Source of the DNA: Octopus sinensis | Taxonomy: Eukaryota | DNA length: 36,727 nt | Direction: 5' to 3' | NCBI RefSeq assembly: GCF_006345805.1 | Contig: NW_021824680.1 | Coordinates: forward strand, 1-36,727 | Notes under the pieces: model-generated | Database searches by the model: none | Told to the model about the DNA's origin: nothing | Seen by the model: the letters and a program-made list of their open reading frames with translations, nothing else | Made by a program: the position numbers and the translations under genes | In this document: in pieces, positions 10,358 through 22,845 of the stretch | Layout of the letters: each line of letters opens with the position of its first letter | Numbering within the stretch: position 1 is the first letter of the stretch

Positions 10358-10735
10358 TTTAAAGGGAGGAAGCACTCCGTCGGTTACGACGATGAGGGTT
10401 CCGGTTGATCCGAATCAACGGAACAGCCTGCTCGTGAAATTAACGTATAAGTAGCTGAGCACTCCACAGACACGTGCACCTTTAACGTAGTTCTCGGGGA
10501 TATTCAGCGTGACACAGAGAGTGACAAGGCCGGCCCTCTGAAATACAGGTACAACAGAAACAGGAAGTAAGAGTGAGAGAAAGTTGTGGTGAAAGAGTAC
10601 AGCAGGGATCACCACCATCCCCTGCCGGAGACTCGTGGAGCTTTAGGTGTTTTTGCTCAATAAACACTCACAACGCCCGGTCTGGGAATCGAAACCACGA
10701 TCGTATGACCGTGAGTCCGCTGCCCTAACCACTGG
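10358..10735 (-). mobile_element. SINE family C (tRNA-derived), inserted into the R4/Dong element
   Basis: Nearly identical to 20332-20713; B-box-like ggtttcgattccc on the minus strand; flanked by TGGTAC at 10352-10357 and 10733-10738. Confidence 0.9.
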
Positions 10736-10738
10736 TAC

Positions 10739-11130
10739 CATCATCGGCTTGAAAGAGTACGTGATTTTATGGGATTTTTCGATTCAAATGGGTAAAAGTC
10801 TAGAAAAATAGTAAACCAGTGATAAGGTTAATAGGCAAGGAAAAGCGAAGCTGCTTACTAAATGATCCGTCATGTCCGTTTGATTCCAGATGGAACTGAT
10901 TTCAGATAGATGAAAGCTTAAAAAAATGCAGTCCCTTATAATTTGAAATAGCAAGAATTTGAAGTATGAAAACTGTAGAACTGCCTGTAATAATTGGAGC
11001 GTTGAGAACTGTAAGTAAAGATACAGACAAATGGTTGGAGGAGGTTGTAATAGAATGTCCTGTAGAGCTTGTACAAAAAGCTTGCCTATAAGGAACGGGA
11101 AAGGTTATCAGAAAGATTTTGAGGAGTTGA
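10739..11130 (+). mobile_element. R4/Dong RLE endonuclease domain to ORF end (second subfamily)
   Basis: VILWDFSIQ.., frameshift, ..KEKRSCLLNDPSCPFDSR..SMKTVELPVIIGALRTVSKDTDKWLEE..ELVQKACL*GTGKVIRKIL*. Confidence 0.85.
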
Positions 11131-11239
11131 AGGACTATTGAAAGCAAAGCCTGTGATATCTAAAGTAACAAGTAGTAACTTAGTACCTACTTAAATTCTG
11201 CTGGGAATAAGAACAAATGAGAGTCAAAGAGAATAATAT

Positions 11240-11263
11240 CAACAATAATAATGATGATGATGA

Positions 11264-11326
<63 letters not shown>

Positions 11327-11360
11327 GTTGGTGATGATGACAACGACGACGACGACGACA
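11240..11360. repeat. (AAT)n then (GAT)n/(GAC)n tract, probable tail or target of the R4/Dong element
   Basis: Direct reading; lies about 110 bp after the RLE stop. Confidence 0.85.
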
Positions 11361-11852
11361 AATGCCTGTTAATCCTTTGCCATGATAAGACCATAAGAAC
11401 ACGGTCTCGCATGTCAGCTCCAATCTCAGCACTCAGCACAAGCATTCATTTAATACCGTAGAAGAGAAGGACAGAGAACTCCTCTAAAAATAATGTAATG
11501 TCTCCATTCTTCTCTGTGGCCTTGATCCAGAATTTACCATTAAAATATATCCCAAAGGAAAGACATTGACACCGACTTTGCGGAATAAAGCGTCAAATTA
11601 TTTGTGGACGAAGTAAACTGAAACTCAGTAATGAGTGACTGAGGAATTATTTGCATTTATTTCAAATAAATTCTGTTGTCAATGACAATGGGGCAACAGA
11701 AAGTTTGTCAGCAATGCTTTTACTTTGATATGTGTTCTAAATGTACTTCTCTATGACTGAACTTAACTAAATATGAAATTAGAACAGGCTTGGTTGCTTC
11801 CGTAACGTTATGATAGTATTTTCCTCGTTTAGGAAAGTTCTCATATATATAC

Positions 11853-12015
11853 AGGCGCAGGAGTGGCTATGTGGTAAGTAGCTTGTTTACCAACCACATG
11901 GTTCCGGGTTCAGTCCCACTGCGAGGCACTTTGGGCAAATGTCTTCTACTATAGTCTCGGGCCGACCAAAGCCTTGTGAGTGGATTTGGTAGAGGGAAAC
12001 TGAAAGAAGCTTGTC

Positions 12016-12017
<2 letters not shown>
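11853..12017 (+). mobile_element. SINE family A, 5' half ending at its internal (TA)n
   Basis: aggcgcaggagtggctatgtggtaagtagcttg..gaaactgaaagaagcttgtcgtata. Confidence 0.9.
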
Positions 12018-12052
<35 letters not shown>

Positions 12053-12485
12053 GGTAGTGGGTAGCGATTTTCTTCACTACTTCAGGGAGTGACGGCCCTG
12101 CCTGACACGGGTCCCGGGCTCAGCTGGTTCCGGCTGGCTCCGGCTGGCAGCGCCCGGTATGGGCCCCTATCCAGAGTTACGGAACGGAGACAACCTTCAA
12201 AGAAATCCAGAGTGGAGCCCCGTAGACGGTTTAGTGTTCGACTCGACACTCTTCCGGCAGCTCCTGCAACCAAGCTGGTGCCATACGTAATGCACTCCTC
12301 TGGACTACGTCAGCAAGGTCGAGAGAGGAATCCTGACGATTGGGCTACCCAGGATTTTCTTAAATCTAGCCCAGGCCTGCGCAAAACTGGAGAGGAAACT
12401 GGAGAGGACACGGGATGTAAAAAACCAGACTGGATTTGTTCGTGCGCAACTCCATTGTCTCCCGAGACAAAAGGATGCCAACAAC

Positions 12486-12572
12486 ATATATATATACATA
12501 CATATACATATATTATATGTGTATATATATATATATTACACATATATATATATATGTATATGTATGTATATA

Positions 12573-12627
<55 letters not shown>

Positions 12628-13598
12628 GTATGTATATATATACATGTATATGTATATATATATAATATACATATATAAATATGTATATGTATATATCTAT
12701 TTACGTATATATATGTATATATATATGTATATATCTGCGTGTGTGTGTATGTAAACATATATACATGTCTGTGTGTGTGTGTGTGTGTGTTCGTAGAGAC
12801 AGTAGGTATAAATTGCAAGTGAGAGGAGAGAGTAAGGAGAGAACGATGGATTGAAAAGAAGGGAAGACAGTTATGAAGGAAGATTACGAGAGACGAAGAC
12901 ATGAAGCTAAACATGGGATATTATCAAACAGATGTTGAGAAGTTGACTCAAACAAACAAACAAACAAATCATATATATAAAAGTACATAGAAAAACCCCA
13001 CGTAAACAATGAAAAAAATTATCGTTCGGAAGGATAATGAACGTTAATGTATGTGTGAGGTGTGTGTTGAATATAGGGCTTGGGGATCATCTTAGAAAGA
13101 CAACAAACCCTTAAGGAGTCTTTACGTAGTGGGGGACCCTAGTTTTGTAGTTTGTACTGCAATACAATAGGACCGAGTCAATTGTTTGTGTGAAGAGTCC
13201 TTGTTATATTGTCGGGTGGGGGTGGGGGCTGGATGATGGCAAGAAAGGGAAAGAGAGCGAGAGTGAAAAGGGTAAAGAAAGAAAAAAGGGAAAGACTGGG
13301 AGAAAAGGGGAGATAAGTGAGGGACACTTGAAGTGGATACTGTGTATAAATACACGCGTGTGTGTGTGTGTGTGTGTATATATGTGTGTGTGAATGTGTG
13401 TGCGTGTGTGTGTGTGTGTGCTTGTGTGCGCGTGTCTGTGCGCTTGGTTTGTGTCTATGTGTGTTTGTGTCTGTGTGTTTATGTGTTGGTGTGTGTGTGT
13501 CCGTTTGAAAGGCACTTGGAGTATTTTTCTTACGGAGCTGGATGGCTATTAGAGCGAGAGATAGAAAGATATTAGAAAAAAGGAGAAAGAAAGGAGTA

Positions 13599-13646
<48 letters not shown>

Positions 13647-13882
13647 AGAGAGAGAGAGAGGGAGGTATATATATAGAGAGAGAGAATTTAGAGGAAAAGA
13701 AATGAGGAATGTGGTGGAGTAGTCACTGAGTCTATGTTATCGCGTCTATGTATTACTGTGCGTGTCTGTGTGTGAGCGTTTGTGTGCGCATGCGCGTGCA
13801 CACATATACATGTGTGTGCGTATTTGTGTATGTATATATATATGTATGTATATATATATGTATATATGTGTATATATATAAG

Positions 13883-13913
<31 letters not shown>

Positions 13914-13928
13914 GTATATATGTATATA

Positions 13929-13984
<56 letters not shown>

Positions 13985-13994
13985 TGTATATATG

Positions 13995-14032
<38 letters not shown>

Positions 14033-14226
14033 GCACACATATATATTCTCGAAATTCATGTGTGTAAAAACTTCTTTAGAGACTTCGTGGAGATCGAGAG
14101 CAGATTTCGTGCGTGTGTCAGTATACATGCATACATACATACACACACACAGACATGAATACACACGAATATATATATTATATATTTGCGTCAACATACA
14201 AAGAACAGTTGCACATGTACAAAGTA

Positions 14227-14282
<56 letters not shown>

Positions 14283-15017
14283 TTTCCAGGAGATCTCAAG
14301 ATGTTCGCTGGAGCTCTTACACCGCTGACAGCTCTTGAACAGTTTCGTTCCGCAAATGAAGAATTAATTTGTTACAAAAGAGTGTTATACAATCATTTAT
14401 ACACGTACATATGACTATACACATGCATGCACCCATATAAATGTGTGTGAATGTATATAAACATATATATACATGCATGTATATATTTATAAATGCATAT
14501 ATATATATATTATATATATATATATATATAATATATATATAATATATATATACACATATATATATACATATATATACATATATATATATATATATGTATA
14601 CATGAGTATGTATATCTATAAATTCACACTTGTATATTAATATATATATATATATATATATGTACAAATGCGTATGGTGTCTATATAACAATATATGCAT
14701 ATGTGTGTGTGTATTTATGTATATGTATATATATACATATATATATATATGTGTGTGTGTATGTGTACGTATGTATGTATGTATAAATGTGTAGAACTAC
14801 TTATGTATACCTATAAGCAGGTATAACGGTATTCATATGTGTACGTATAGATGTATTTATATAAATGCATTTCTAAGTGTATTTATAGATACATGCATTT
14901 ATAAATGTATATACATATATATATGTATAAATATTCATTTATGAATCTGTATATATGTATGTATAGATATACATATACACACACGTATCTTTATATATAG
15001 ATAGATATATACATGTA

Positions 15018-15103
<86 letters not shown>

Positions 15104-15226
15104 CATAGGTGTTTAAATTAATTTTCACAATCTTACAATATTAATACCCCAAAAAGGTATTTCATTACAGTACTTTCATACTAACGGTATTACAATATAG
15201 TATGGAAATAATTGGAAGTAGAAAAC

Positions 15227-15269
<43 letters not shown>

Positions 15270-15320
15270 AAACACACACACACATACATACATACATATA
15301 TATATTATATATATATATAT
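12486..15320. repeat. Microsatellite field: (TA)n, (TATG)n, (TG)n, (GA)n, (CA)n with short unique spacers
   Basis: Direct reading; source of the long spurious poly-YI, poly-CV and poly-HT ORFs. Confidence 0.9.
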
Positions 15321-15432
15321 ACTTTATTTAAATAAAGCATATTGCTCTACCACTGGTATTTGAGTACTCTTTTTCCACCTTGTTTCACATTTATGTGTTT
15401 ACTCCGGTATATATATATATATATATATATAT

Positions 15433-15553
15433 CCAAAAAAAAACGAAGAAAAACACAAAGAAACTGCAACGCGAGTACGTGGTACATGTAATTTATTACC
15501 AGATGCTCGAGGAACGTAAGAAAGATGGTTTAACGTTTTGAGCAGAGCTCTTC
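15433..15553 (-). mobile_element. Decayed second copy of hammerhead cassette family 1
   Basis: aacacaaag..aacgcgagtacgtgg..gtttaacgttttgagcagagctcttc aligns to 895-1018. Stem II is kept, but GAAAC became AAAAC and CUGACGA is lost. It also starts right after (TA)n. Confidence 0.7.
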
Positions 15554-15574
15554 TTCTCAAGCAGAGGAAGTTCC

Positions 15575-15730
15575 AATCGTTGATTACGTTTTGAGTTCAA
15601 ATTCCGCCGAGGTTCACTTTACCTTTCATCCTTTCGAGGTCGATAAATTATGTACCAGTTGCGTACTGTTGTCTTTGTAATCGACTGGCCCACTCGCCCA
15701 AAATTTCGGGCCGTGTGTTTAGAGTAGAAA
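15575..15730 (+). mobile_element. SINE family B, partial
   Basis: tacgttttgagttcaaattccgccgaggttcactttacctttcatcctttcgaggtcgataaattatgtaccag. Confidence 0.85.
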
Positions 15731-16965
15731 ATATTGTGCAAAAATGTCTTAAGTCTAAAACATTGCTTTTTGGGAAAACGAATAAATAGTTTCACCATTC
15801 TATAGCCAAACCGTTGTACTACACTCAGTGGCCCAGCAACAAAAAAATGTGGATGTTTCCAATGTTAACATTAAAACAAATGCAGGTATAATAATTTTTA
15901 TTATTATGAGGGCCCGCTGAAATGTTCATAATCTGAGCAAGACACTCTCAATGGAATGTGACCAAATGAAGTTCATTTTCTAACACATTTCCTCTTACTG
16001 GACATTATACGTAATCTCTTGTATAACTTAATCTCACAATGTACAAGAACCATATATTGCCAAAACCGTGGTCTGTCACCCACCAGTTCTGCTGTTCTCC
16101 GTCAGCATGGAAATAGCTATGAGTTTTAGAGCAGGCACGATGCCATGGATTAGAGAGGCTGAGTATATCCAATAAAATATTCCATCAGTAGTTGGCTGAA
16201 CACGTAACTAAGAACGCAGTTTATGTAGTCACACTTTATATTCGGAGCTCTAATAATTCTACCTAGAAATAGGAAGACAACACGCTACTAGAGCTTAGAG
16301 AGGAAAGTTAATTAAATATTGATCACCGGAGCAAATTATGTGATAATTAATTAACTAATAGAGAAATAAACTCCTGAAGTGGTTGCGACAGGAGGCGAGA
16401 ATTAAAAGAAGCGGAGAAGGGGAAATGGGGGTAGATGGGGTGACGGCGAGATATAAAAACAAAATATAGAAAACTTGGACATGAATTCCTGGACTATATA
16501 AAAGACGATATAAAAACTGAAATTGGAATTCTACGAAGTATTTTTCTCTAGAATCCACTTTGCATTCAGTGAAATTTCGTAAAGCCAGAATTAAAGATAT
16601 TATTACACCCTCTATTGTACATCACAAGGTCGGAAGAATTGCATGTACCTTGCTTTCTGGCGTCCGGCAGCATTGTCCGTTAAGTAGAGCAAAGTGCTCT
16701 GCGGTATTCGTTTTAATGGTTCAAATTTCACTTGGTCATCTTTGTCTTTCACCCTTTCGGGTTTTATAAAAAAACAGTGCAATAATGGATGAAGGTGTAT
16801 TGTTAGTTAAATTTCTATATAGTTGGACAAGATGTCTTAGGGTTCTTTCGGCTATCTCTGCATTCTGAGTTTTCGGTTGATAAACATAATCCGTCCTATG
16901 GTTTAACACCTCCCCACTTTATCTTTAGTTGCCTTTCATGGAAAGCGATTCTGTTAAAAGTATTT

Positions 16966-18027
16966 CCTAACTTCCTGGAACTTTGGTCGAAAACTTCCTG
17001 GAAAGTTCCAAGGACATTCTAAATATCGGCAATTTGGTCGAAAATCTCATGGGAAGTTCCGAGGATGTTCTAGCTTCCTGGAAATTTGCCGGTAACACTC
17101 GTCGAAGAATTCCTGGGAAGTTCCGAGGATTTTCTAACTTCCTCGAAATTTGGTCGAAAATTTCCTGGGAAGTTCTGAGGATTTCCTAACTTCAGGGATC
17201 GTTGGTCGAAAACTTCCTGAGAAGTTCCAACTTTCGGCTAATTGTATTTGCTGGGAAGTTCCGAGGGATTTCTAACTTGCTGGAAATTTGTTCGAAAACT
17301 TCCTGGGAAGTATCGAAGATTTTCTAACTTCCCGAAAATTTGTTCGAAATTTCATGGGAAGTTCCGAGGTTTTCCAACTTCCGGGAAATTTGTTCGAAAA
17401 TTTCCTGGGAAGTTCCCAAGATTTTAAAAACTTCCTGGAAATTTGGTTGAAAATTTCCTGGGAAGTTCCGAGGATTTTCTAACGTCCTGAAAGTTTGGTC
17501 GAAAACTTCCTGAGAAGTTCCGAGGATTTTCTAACTTCCTGAAAATTTGGTCGAAAACTTCCTGGGAAGTTCCGAGGATTTTCTAAGTTCCTGGAAATTT
17601 GGTTGAACTTCCCAGGAAATTCCGATGATTTTCTAACTTCCTGGAAATTTGGTCGAAAACTTCATGGGAAGTTCCGAGGATTTTCTAACTACCTGGAAAT
17701 TTGGTCGAAAAATTCCTAGAAAGTTCCGAGGGGTTTCAAACCTCCTGGAAATTTGGTCGAAAACTTCATGGGAAGTTCCGAGGATTTTCTAACTTCCTTG
17801 AAATTTGGTCGGAAACTTCCTGGGAAGTTCCGAGGGCTTTCTAACTTCCCGAAAGTTTGGTCGAAAACTTCCTGGGAAGTTCCGAGGATTTTCTAACTTC
17901 CTGAAAATTTGGTTGAAACTTCCTGGGAAGTTCCGAGGATTTTATAACTTCCTGGAAATTTGGTTGAAACTTTTCCTGGGGAGTTCAGGGGATTACCTAA
18001 CTTCCTGGAAATTTGGTTGAAAACTTC
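16966..18027. repeat. 52-bp minisatellite, about 20 copies
   Basis: Consensus ggaaatttggtcgaaaacttcctgggaagttccgaggattttctaacttcct; internal inverted repeat AACTTCC-TG-GGAAGTT; no unique spacers. Confidence 0.95.
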
Positions 18028-18037
18028 TTTGGAATTA

Positions 18038-18810
18038 TGGAGAGCAAGGGTAGAGAGTAGGAATGGAGAGTGGCGGGTGGTGGAGAGCAAGGGTCGAGAA
18101 CAGGTGGGTGAAGAGAAGGCTGCAGAGTTGGTGTTGTGGAGAGCAGGGTGGAGAGCAAGAAGTGATGGAGAGCAGGGGTGCTGGAGAGCAAGAATTGGCG
18201 AAGTGCAAGGAATGGTGGAGAGCAGGGGTGGTGAAGACGAGGGGCGGTGGAGAGCAAGGATGGGGAGTTTGGAGAGTGGTGTCGGTGGAGAGCAGGTTGT
18301 CGAGAGTGGAGGGTAATGGAGAGCAATGGTGTAGAGCAGAGTTGGTGGATAGCAGGTAGGTGGAGAGGAGGGGTGGTGGAGAACAAAGTTGGAGAGCAAA
18401 AAGTTGTAGAGCACAGGGATGGTGGAAAGCAGCAGTGGTGGAGAGCAGGCGTGGTGGAGAGTATGTGTGGAGAGCAGGGTCTGGAGAGTGGTAGGTGGTG
18501 GAGAGCAGGGGTGGACAACAGGTGTGTGGAGAGGAGGATGTGGTGGAGAGTGGGAGCTGTGGAGAGCAGCCGGGGAGCAGGGGTGGAGAGTGGAGGTGGA
18601 GTGGAGAGGAGGGGTGGTGGAGAGCATGGAGCGGTGTAGAGCAGGGTTGGTGAGAGCGGGGTGTGGTGGAGAGCAAGGGTTGAGAGCAGGAGGTGGAGAA
18701 TGGTGGTGGTGGAGAGTGGAGGATGGTGGAGAGCAGGGAATGGTAGAGAGCTGGGGGTGGTGGAGGAGCAACAGGTGGTGGAGTGTAGGGGTGGTGGAGA
18801 GCAGGGGTTT
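18038..18810. repeat. G-rich degenerate minisatellite built on ggtggagagcaggg
   Basis: Motif (g)gtggagagca recurs roughly every 20 nt; strong purine/G skew on the plus strand. Confidence 0.9.
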
Positions 18811-18949
18811 TATAAAAGGAAGATGATATAAAGCTGTTTGTTCGTGAGAAGTGCCGAAGTAATTGCGGGGACTGTTGGAAGAAGTGGGGAGGGTGGTCGT
18901 GATGGTGGTAATATCTGTGGTGATGAGGAGGAGGGAAGGGTGGGAGTAG

Positions 18950-19215
18950 GAAGAGGAGAAAGAAGATGATGATGATAAAGATGAAAAGGAAGAGGGAGAT
19001 GAAGAGGAAGAAGGGAGAAGGAGCAGGGGAAGAGGAGGAGGAAAGAGAAGAGGAAGAAGAAGAAAACGAAGAGGATGAGGGGGAGGACGACAACGAGGAT
19101 GACGTCGACGAGGATTGTGGTGATGATGGAGATGATGATGATGATGACGACGACGATTACAATAACTAAGCTGAGGGCACTAGACGACGACGATGATGAC
19201 GATGATGATGATGAG
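18950..19215. repeat. GAR/GAY trinucleotide low-complexity tract
   Basis: (GAA/GAG/GAT/GAC) runs. Confidence 0.85.
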
Positions 19216-19284
19216 ATAAAAGTTACACATTAACAAAGATGAGAATATTAGTGTTGCTTTTGATAGGATTGCTTCCCATTTCTA

Positions 19285-19422
19285 TGCGTGTATATGTGTG
19301 TGCCTATACGTACGTGTACGTGCCTCTGTGCGTGTATATGTGTGTGCCTATACGTACGTGTACGTGCCTCTGTGCATGTATATGTGTGTGCCTATACGTA
19401 CGTGTACGTGCCTCTGTGCGTG
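19285..19422. repeat. 44-bp tandem repeat, about 3 copies
   Basis: tgcgtgtatatgtgtgtgcctatacgtacgtgtacgtgcctctg starting at 19285, 19329 and 19373. Confidence 0.9.
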
Positions 19423-20100
19423 TGCGTCATTTATTTCCTCTTATTCATGAGCGGATCTATTCGTTTTCGTTCTATGAGAGTGTGTTTCATATACGAGAGT
19501 GTGTATGCATATATGTATGTGTGTGTGTGTATGTATATATATGAAATGATATATATTTTAATTTATATGTATCCACATGCCCTACTGTATAAGCGCGTGT
19601 GTGTTGTGTCTTTAAGTAAGGTAGAGTTATGAAATTCGGCCTTATCATTGAAAATGTCAACATTAGCAGATATTTTAGACAACCTAAATGAAATATTCTT
19701 AACTAAGTTCCTAGTAATTGCCCTAGAATGATTACTGAATTTGCTAATATACTTAAGATTAGTCGATGGTTTGTAGTATGGGAAGTACGAATTATTGTGT
19801 AAGTTAAGTGTAATATCTAAAATGTTAGCCTTTTGTTCGGTTGAACACCATCACCAACTCCATTGGTGCCTCTTGGCGGAGTCCATGCTATTGCAAGCAC
19901 TTAGATCAGGTCACCGGCTTGAGGATATCTTCCTCCTTCATTCATTCCCTCTCACCAGTCTTGGAGATCGAATAAACGGTCGGGGGGGTGGCGGTCTTCT
20001 TACTAAAAAACTAAAAAAAAATATAAATGAATAAAACTGATATTTCAGCAGAAAACACAAGCGTATTGACACCTTAAATGCCCTCATAATGTCAATTCTA

Positions 20101-20317
20101 CACAAGGGGCTAAACACAGAGAGGACAAACAAGGACAGACAAACGGAGTAAGTCGAAAATATTGACCCCAGTGCGTAACTGGTACTTATTTAATCGACCC
20201 CGAAAGGATGAAAGGTAAAGACGACCTCGGCGGAATTTGAACTCAGAATGTAAAGACAGACGAAATACTTGTAAGCATTTCGCCCGGCGTGCTAACGTTT
20301 CTGCCATCTCACTGCCT
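20101..20317 (-). mobile_element. SINE family B, near full length
   Basis: Reverse complement of 3348-3575. Confidence 0.92.
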
Positions 20318-20331
20318 TAACACCAATATGT

Positions 20332-20713
20332 GGAAGCACTCCGTGGGTAACGACGACGAGGGTTCCGGTTGATCCGATCAACGGAACAGCCTGCCCGTGA
20401 AATTAACGTGTAAGTGGCTGAGCACTCCACAGACACGTGTACCCTTAACGTAGTTCTCGGGGATATTCAGCGTGACACAGAGAGTGACAAGGCCGGCCCT
20501 TTGAAATTCAGGTACAATAGAAACAGGAAGTAAGAGTGAGAGAAAGTTGTGGTGAAAGAGTACAGCAGGGATCACCGCCATCCCTGCCGGAGCCTCGCGG
20601 AGCTTTAGGTGTTTTCGCTCAATAAACACTCACAACGCCCGGTCTGGGAATCGAAACCGCGATCCTACAACCGCGAGTCCGCTGCCCTAACCACTGGGCC
20701 ATTGCGTCTCCAC
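20332..20713 (-). mobile_element. SINE family C, full length with 12-bp TSD
   Basis: Minus-strand head gtggagacgcaatggcccagtggttagggcagcggactcgcggttgtaggatcgcggtttcgattccc; TSD acaccaatatgt at 20320-20331 and 20714-20725. Confidence 0.93.
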
Positions 20714-20893
20714 ACACCAATATGTACCACCTCCTCCAATATGTATCACTCGCTCCTGAATGTGTCTGCCTGCCTGCCTGCCTGTCTGTCTATCTCTGCC
20801 CCTTCCTCTCTCTCTCTCTCTCTCGCTCTCTCCTTCTCCCTTTCAAGATAGCTTTCGTGAGATAAAATCCTTAAATTGTTTGGAATGAGATAA

Positions 20894-21055
20894 TTATTCT
20901 TCAGCAAACGAGATCTTGTTTGTGCCGTGTGTTTTAGTGTTAGGTGGTAACCTCGGCTCACTTCCGAAGAGGATGCAATATGCGTTGCCGTTGCTGACAG
21001 TAGGTGCTTCTGTTAATCTTCTTCGACGTCTTTCGCTTTCACTCTTGGCCCTTAC
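20894..21055 (-). CDS. Candidate terminal coding exon (53 aa, unknown protein)
   Basis: Acceptor-like ttttcacttaaccag, then open VRAKSESERRRRRLTEAPTVSNGNAYCILFGSEPRLPPNTKTHGTNKISFAEE*. The same site also reads as a donor (CAG/GTAAGG), so the call is ambiguous. Confidence 0.25.
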   Translation of the reverse strand, partial: VRAKSESERRRRRLTEAPTVSNGNAYCILFGSEPRLPPNTKTHGTNKISFAEE

Positions 21056-21801
21056 CTGGTTAAGTGAAAATGTTACTTGAAACAGTAGGCAAAACACACC
21101 GTACAGGCATTATAAAAGTAGGCTTGAATGAAAAGCGTTAGACGCCAGACAGTAGAAAATTTTTTAATATTTATATCAGTTTTAGCTGTTTACAATATGA
21201 AAGGACGATCAGTGAAATAAACGGCAAATCAAAGTTTTTCTTCTACGAAGTCACATGACCGTCATTTCGAAATAGCAAAATTTCAATTCGATGCAAAATA
21301 AGATGTTGAATGATTTGATTGTATTTTGCATAATCAGCTCCTATCACATGGTTTAGGAATTTTTATCTTAGAGAGAGAAAAGAAGAAAGAGAGAGAGAGA
21401 AAGAGCGAAAGCGGGAGAGAGGGAGAGAGAGATAGAAAGAGGGAGAGAGAGAGAGAGGGAGAGAGAGGGAGAGAGAGAGAGAGAGAAAGAGGTGGGGAAG
21501 AAAGACAGCCACTTTAGAATACAAACCATCAAATTTTACGTCAATATGAAATAGAATTTAAAATGTCTAAAATGTGTTCTTCGGATATGTTTTGTATTAG
21601 TAGAAGATATTCCTGGAATTTCCTCCAATATCTCGCCTGGCTTTCCATATCTAAGAAATAAAAAGAAAGAAAAAACAAAACAAAATCTGATGATTGTTAA
21701 GGTGAAAATAATGATTTTTATCGTGCAGGTTGGTAAACTGTAAATATATGTTATGTAACTAAAATTTCTATTAATTCTTCAGGAAATATCAAAACGTTTT
21801 C

Positions 21802-21976
21802 AGGCGTAGGAGTGGCTATGTGGTAAGTGCTTACGAACCACATGGATCCGTGTTCAGTCCCACTGCGTGGCACCTTGCGCAAGTGTCTTCTACTATAGCC
21901 TCGGGCCGACCAAAGCCTTGTGAGTGATTTGGTAGACGGAAACTGAAAGAAGCCCGTTATATATATGTATATATAT

Positions 21977-22021
<45 letters not shown>

Positions 22022-22257
22022 TTTGTACGTGTGTTGTATATGTTTTGTGTCTGTGTTTGTCCTCCCAACATCGCTTGACAAACGATGCTGATGTGTTCAT
22101 GTCCCCGTAAATTAGCGGTTCGGCAAAAAGAGAACGATAGAATAAGTACTAGGCTTACAAAGAATAAGTCCTGAAGTCGATTTGCTCGACTAAAGGCGGT
22201 GCTCCAGCCTGGCCACACAGTCAAATGACTGAAACAAGTAAAAGAGTAAAAGAGTAT
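21802..22257 (+). mobile_element. SINE family A, full length
   Basis: Head, core, internal (TA)n at 21958-22020 and tail all present. Confidence 0.92.
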
Positions 22258-22542
22258 AAGAGTGCTTGTAGATTTCCATGCAGCTGGCAAGATCCCCGAG
22301 ATCAGTGGAGGACCGACTTCAGGACACAACACAACAAGGAATATTGCAACGAATTAAAGAAAATTGCCATGCCTGGCCCTCTATCAGCTGTAACAGTTCC
22401 ACTGCTGCTTTAGTTCTCAATTACCTTCTTCAATTCCACAAAACGTCGGCTCTCTACCACGAAAACCACGGGATATCGCTGACTGAATTAGCTATCTATT
22501 TATTTCAGGAAGGAAATAACTAGTTAATTTGTTTGGCTGGGG

Positions 22543-22599
22543 ATAATAATAATAATAATGATAATGATGATAATAATAATAATGATAATAATAATAACG

Positions 22600-22645
<46 letters not shown>

Positions 22646-22677
22646 TAATAATAATGATAATAATGATAATAATAATG

Positions 22678-22720
<43 letters not shown>

Positions 22721-22781
22721 TAATAATAATAATGATAATAAAAATAATGATAATAATGATAATAATAATAATAATGATAAT

Positions 22782-22823
<42 letters not shown>

Positions 22824-22845
22824 AATAACAATAATAATAATAATG
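22543..22845. repeat. Long (AAT)/(GAT)/(AAC) trinucleotide array
   Basis: Direct reading; gives the poly-N, poly-I and poly-L ORFs. Confidence 0.95.

Noticed and set aside
12060-12400. HDV-like ribozyme
   Set aside because: No P3-L3-P3 followed by P1 and P1.1 could be fitted manually.
16966-18027. 52-bp palindromic array as a CRISPR array
   Set aside because: The units are contiguous with no unique spacers, there are no cas genes, and the context is eukaryotic.
17893-19093. 292-aa and 352-aa ORFs
   Set aside because: They are antisense read-through of the G-rich minisatellite and triplet repeats; no domain, start context or splice support.
18966-19169. Acidic poly-E/D ORF
   Set aside because: It is a GAR/GAY low-complexity tract with no flanking exon signals.
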